Shown: positions 63,040-64,000 of the stretch, one piece after another
Position numbering within the stretch: position 1 is the first letter of the stretch
Layout of the letters: every line of letters begins with the position of its first letter
Source: Setoptus koraiensis
Taxonomy: Eukaryota; Animalia; Arthropoda
Length of the DNA: 64,000 nucleotides
NCBI GenBank assembly: GCA_048013815.1
Contig: CM106585.1
Span: forward strand, 14,942,001 to 15,006,000
Direction: 5' to 3'
Program-made: the position numbers and the translations under genes
Notes under the pieces: generated by a model
Databases searched by the model: none
The model's input: only the letters and a program-made list of their open reading frames with translations
What the model was told of the DNA's origin: nothing

Positions 63040-63531
63040 GCAAAGGCATCGCGAATCTCGGCCGGCTACCGAGAGCCGACTGCCACTCGAGTGTTGCAAA
63101 GCTGACCAGTGCAAGCGGCTGCAAGTGTCCGCGCCATGGCTGCGGGCAACGTTGCGCCGGGCTCGATACGTCTTGCGCAACAAAATGCGTCCAAAAGTCC
63201 GACAAAATCACACTGATGTGTCGCATGCTGCTTCCTATCTGATCGCATCAACTCACAACTTGTCAGACACAGGCCAAGTGAGCTTGTGTTGCGCAACCTG
63301 TTCATGCGCGGCCGCATCACTTGGGCGCCGGTCGCCGGCCACTCAGCCTGAGTGACTCAGGTGAGTGTGGCCATTGTGTGAGCAAATTATCAAATAATTA
63401 TCATTATAATTATTTTGGTTTGTGCGAGCGCTTAAGAGTGCTCGTTAGCGAGCCAGTTGTCACCTGGTGTCCCTTTAGTTGGCTTGGGCGGCGCGAGGCA
63501 GCGACAGTGTCGCCAGCTTCAACCGTCTGCA

Positions 63532-63585
63532 CAGTCTCGTCAGTCTCGTCAGTCTCGTCAGTCTCGTCAGTCTCGTCAGTCTCGA
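63532..63585 (+). repeat. Tandem repeat, 9-bp unit CAGTCTCGT x6
   Basis: Direct inspection. Confidence 0.93.
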
Positions 63586-63954
63586 CATTCTCGACAGGAA
63601 CTGGCCAGAGTGGCTCAAACGGACAATTGAATTCAATTGTTCGTTGAATTGTTTGTTGGTGTGCGGCGCGCTCGCAAGCTGCCACGGCAGCCGACGAGAC
63701 GGCCGACGAAATGTCCGCTGCAGCAGCCGACGATATTGCAGCGCTGCGTCTGAGATGTTACGTAACAGTTGTGGCCGGCGCTGCGGTCCGCTCTCGGCCG
63801 GCGCTTCTGGCAGCGCGGCGAGCGCCGACAACCGGAAGGCGCAAGCCGCATATCGCGGGCGAGCGGTGTCGCGGGCAGCTCGACTGTTGTTGGCTGTGCG
63901 GCCAACTGCCGGCCGACCGCGGCCGGCCCGACCGTTGTGACGCAAGCCAGTGAC

Positions 63955-63999
63955 GCAATGGTCAGTGTTGCAATGGTCAGTGTTGCAATGGTCAGTGTT
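63955..63999 (+). repeat. Tandem repeat, 15-bp unit GCAATGGTCAGTGTT x3, possibly continuing past the window
   Basis: Direct inspection. Confidence 0.92.
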
Positions 64000-64000
64000 A

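Larger units (their letters stand above)
55978..64000 (-). other. Putative long intron of the Toll gene, interrupting the TIR domain and continuing past the window end
   Basis: The TIR frame is closed by a stop 30 nt upstream of SEWC. I recognised no TIR N-terminal motifs (YDAFxSY, LCLHxRDF, SRRxIxVLS), transmembrane segment or LRR exon in minus-strand frames from 56.0 to 64.0 kb. Confidence 0.6.

Overview
Eukaryotic (animal, probably arthropod) genomic DNA with a 500-N scaffold gap at 28568-29067. It is almost all non-coding. The one confident gene segment is the minus-strand terminal exon of a Toll-family receptor (54783-~55979). It encodes the C-terminal half of a TIR domain (SEWCSYEFKSAH...WGEKLFWQKLRCAMPD) followed by a ~330-aa Q/N/H/G-rich tail ending VPVHI. 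I found no upstream Toll exons in the remaining 8 kb, and the ~54 kb downstream is a gene desert, apart from a repeat-poor AT-rich island at ~8.4-9.7 kb that may be a decayed LRR-type gene. The main unexplained structure is pervasive local micro-duplication in both orientations. There are dozens of short tandem arrays, each with its own 9-27 bp unit. There are also at least seven perfect inverted repeats with 13-21 bp arms and unrelated sequences, far more than chance predicts. Together these suggest an active templated-insertion or snap-back repair process (inference). Superimposed are over-represented palindromic motifs (TTGCGCAA, TTACGTAA, GGGCCC), a dispersed TTCGAAGCGTTC repeat core, and a back-to-back CAG|GTGAG array inside the putative Toll intron. 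I recognised no rRNA, tRNA, CRISPR array or intact transposon. All counts were made by eye and are minimum values.
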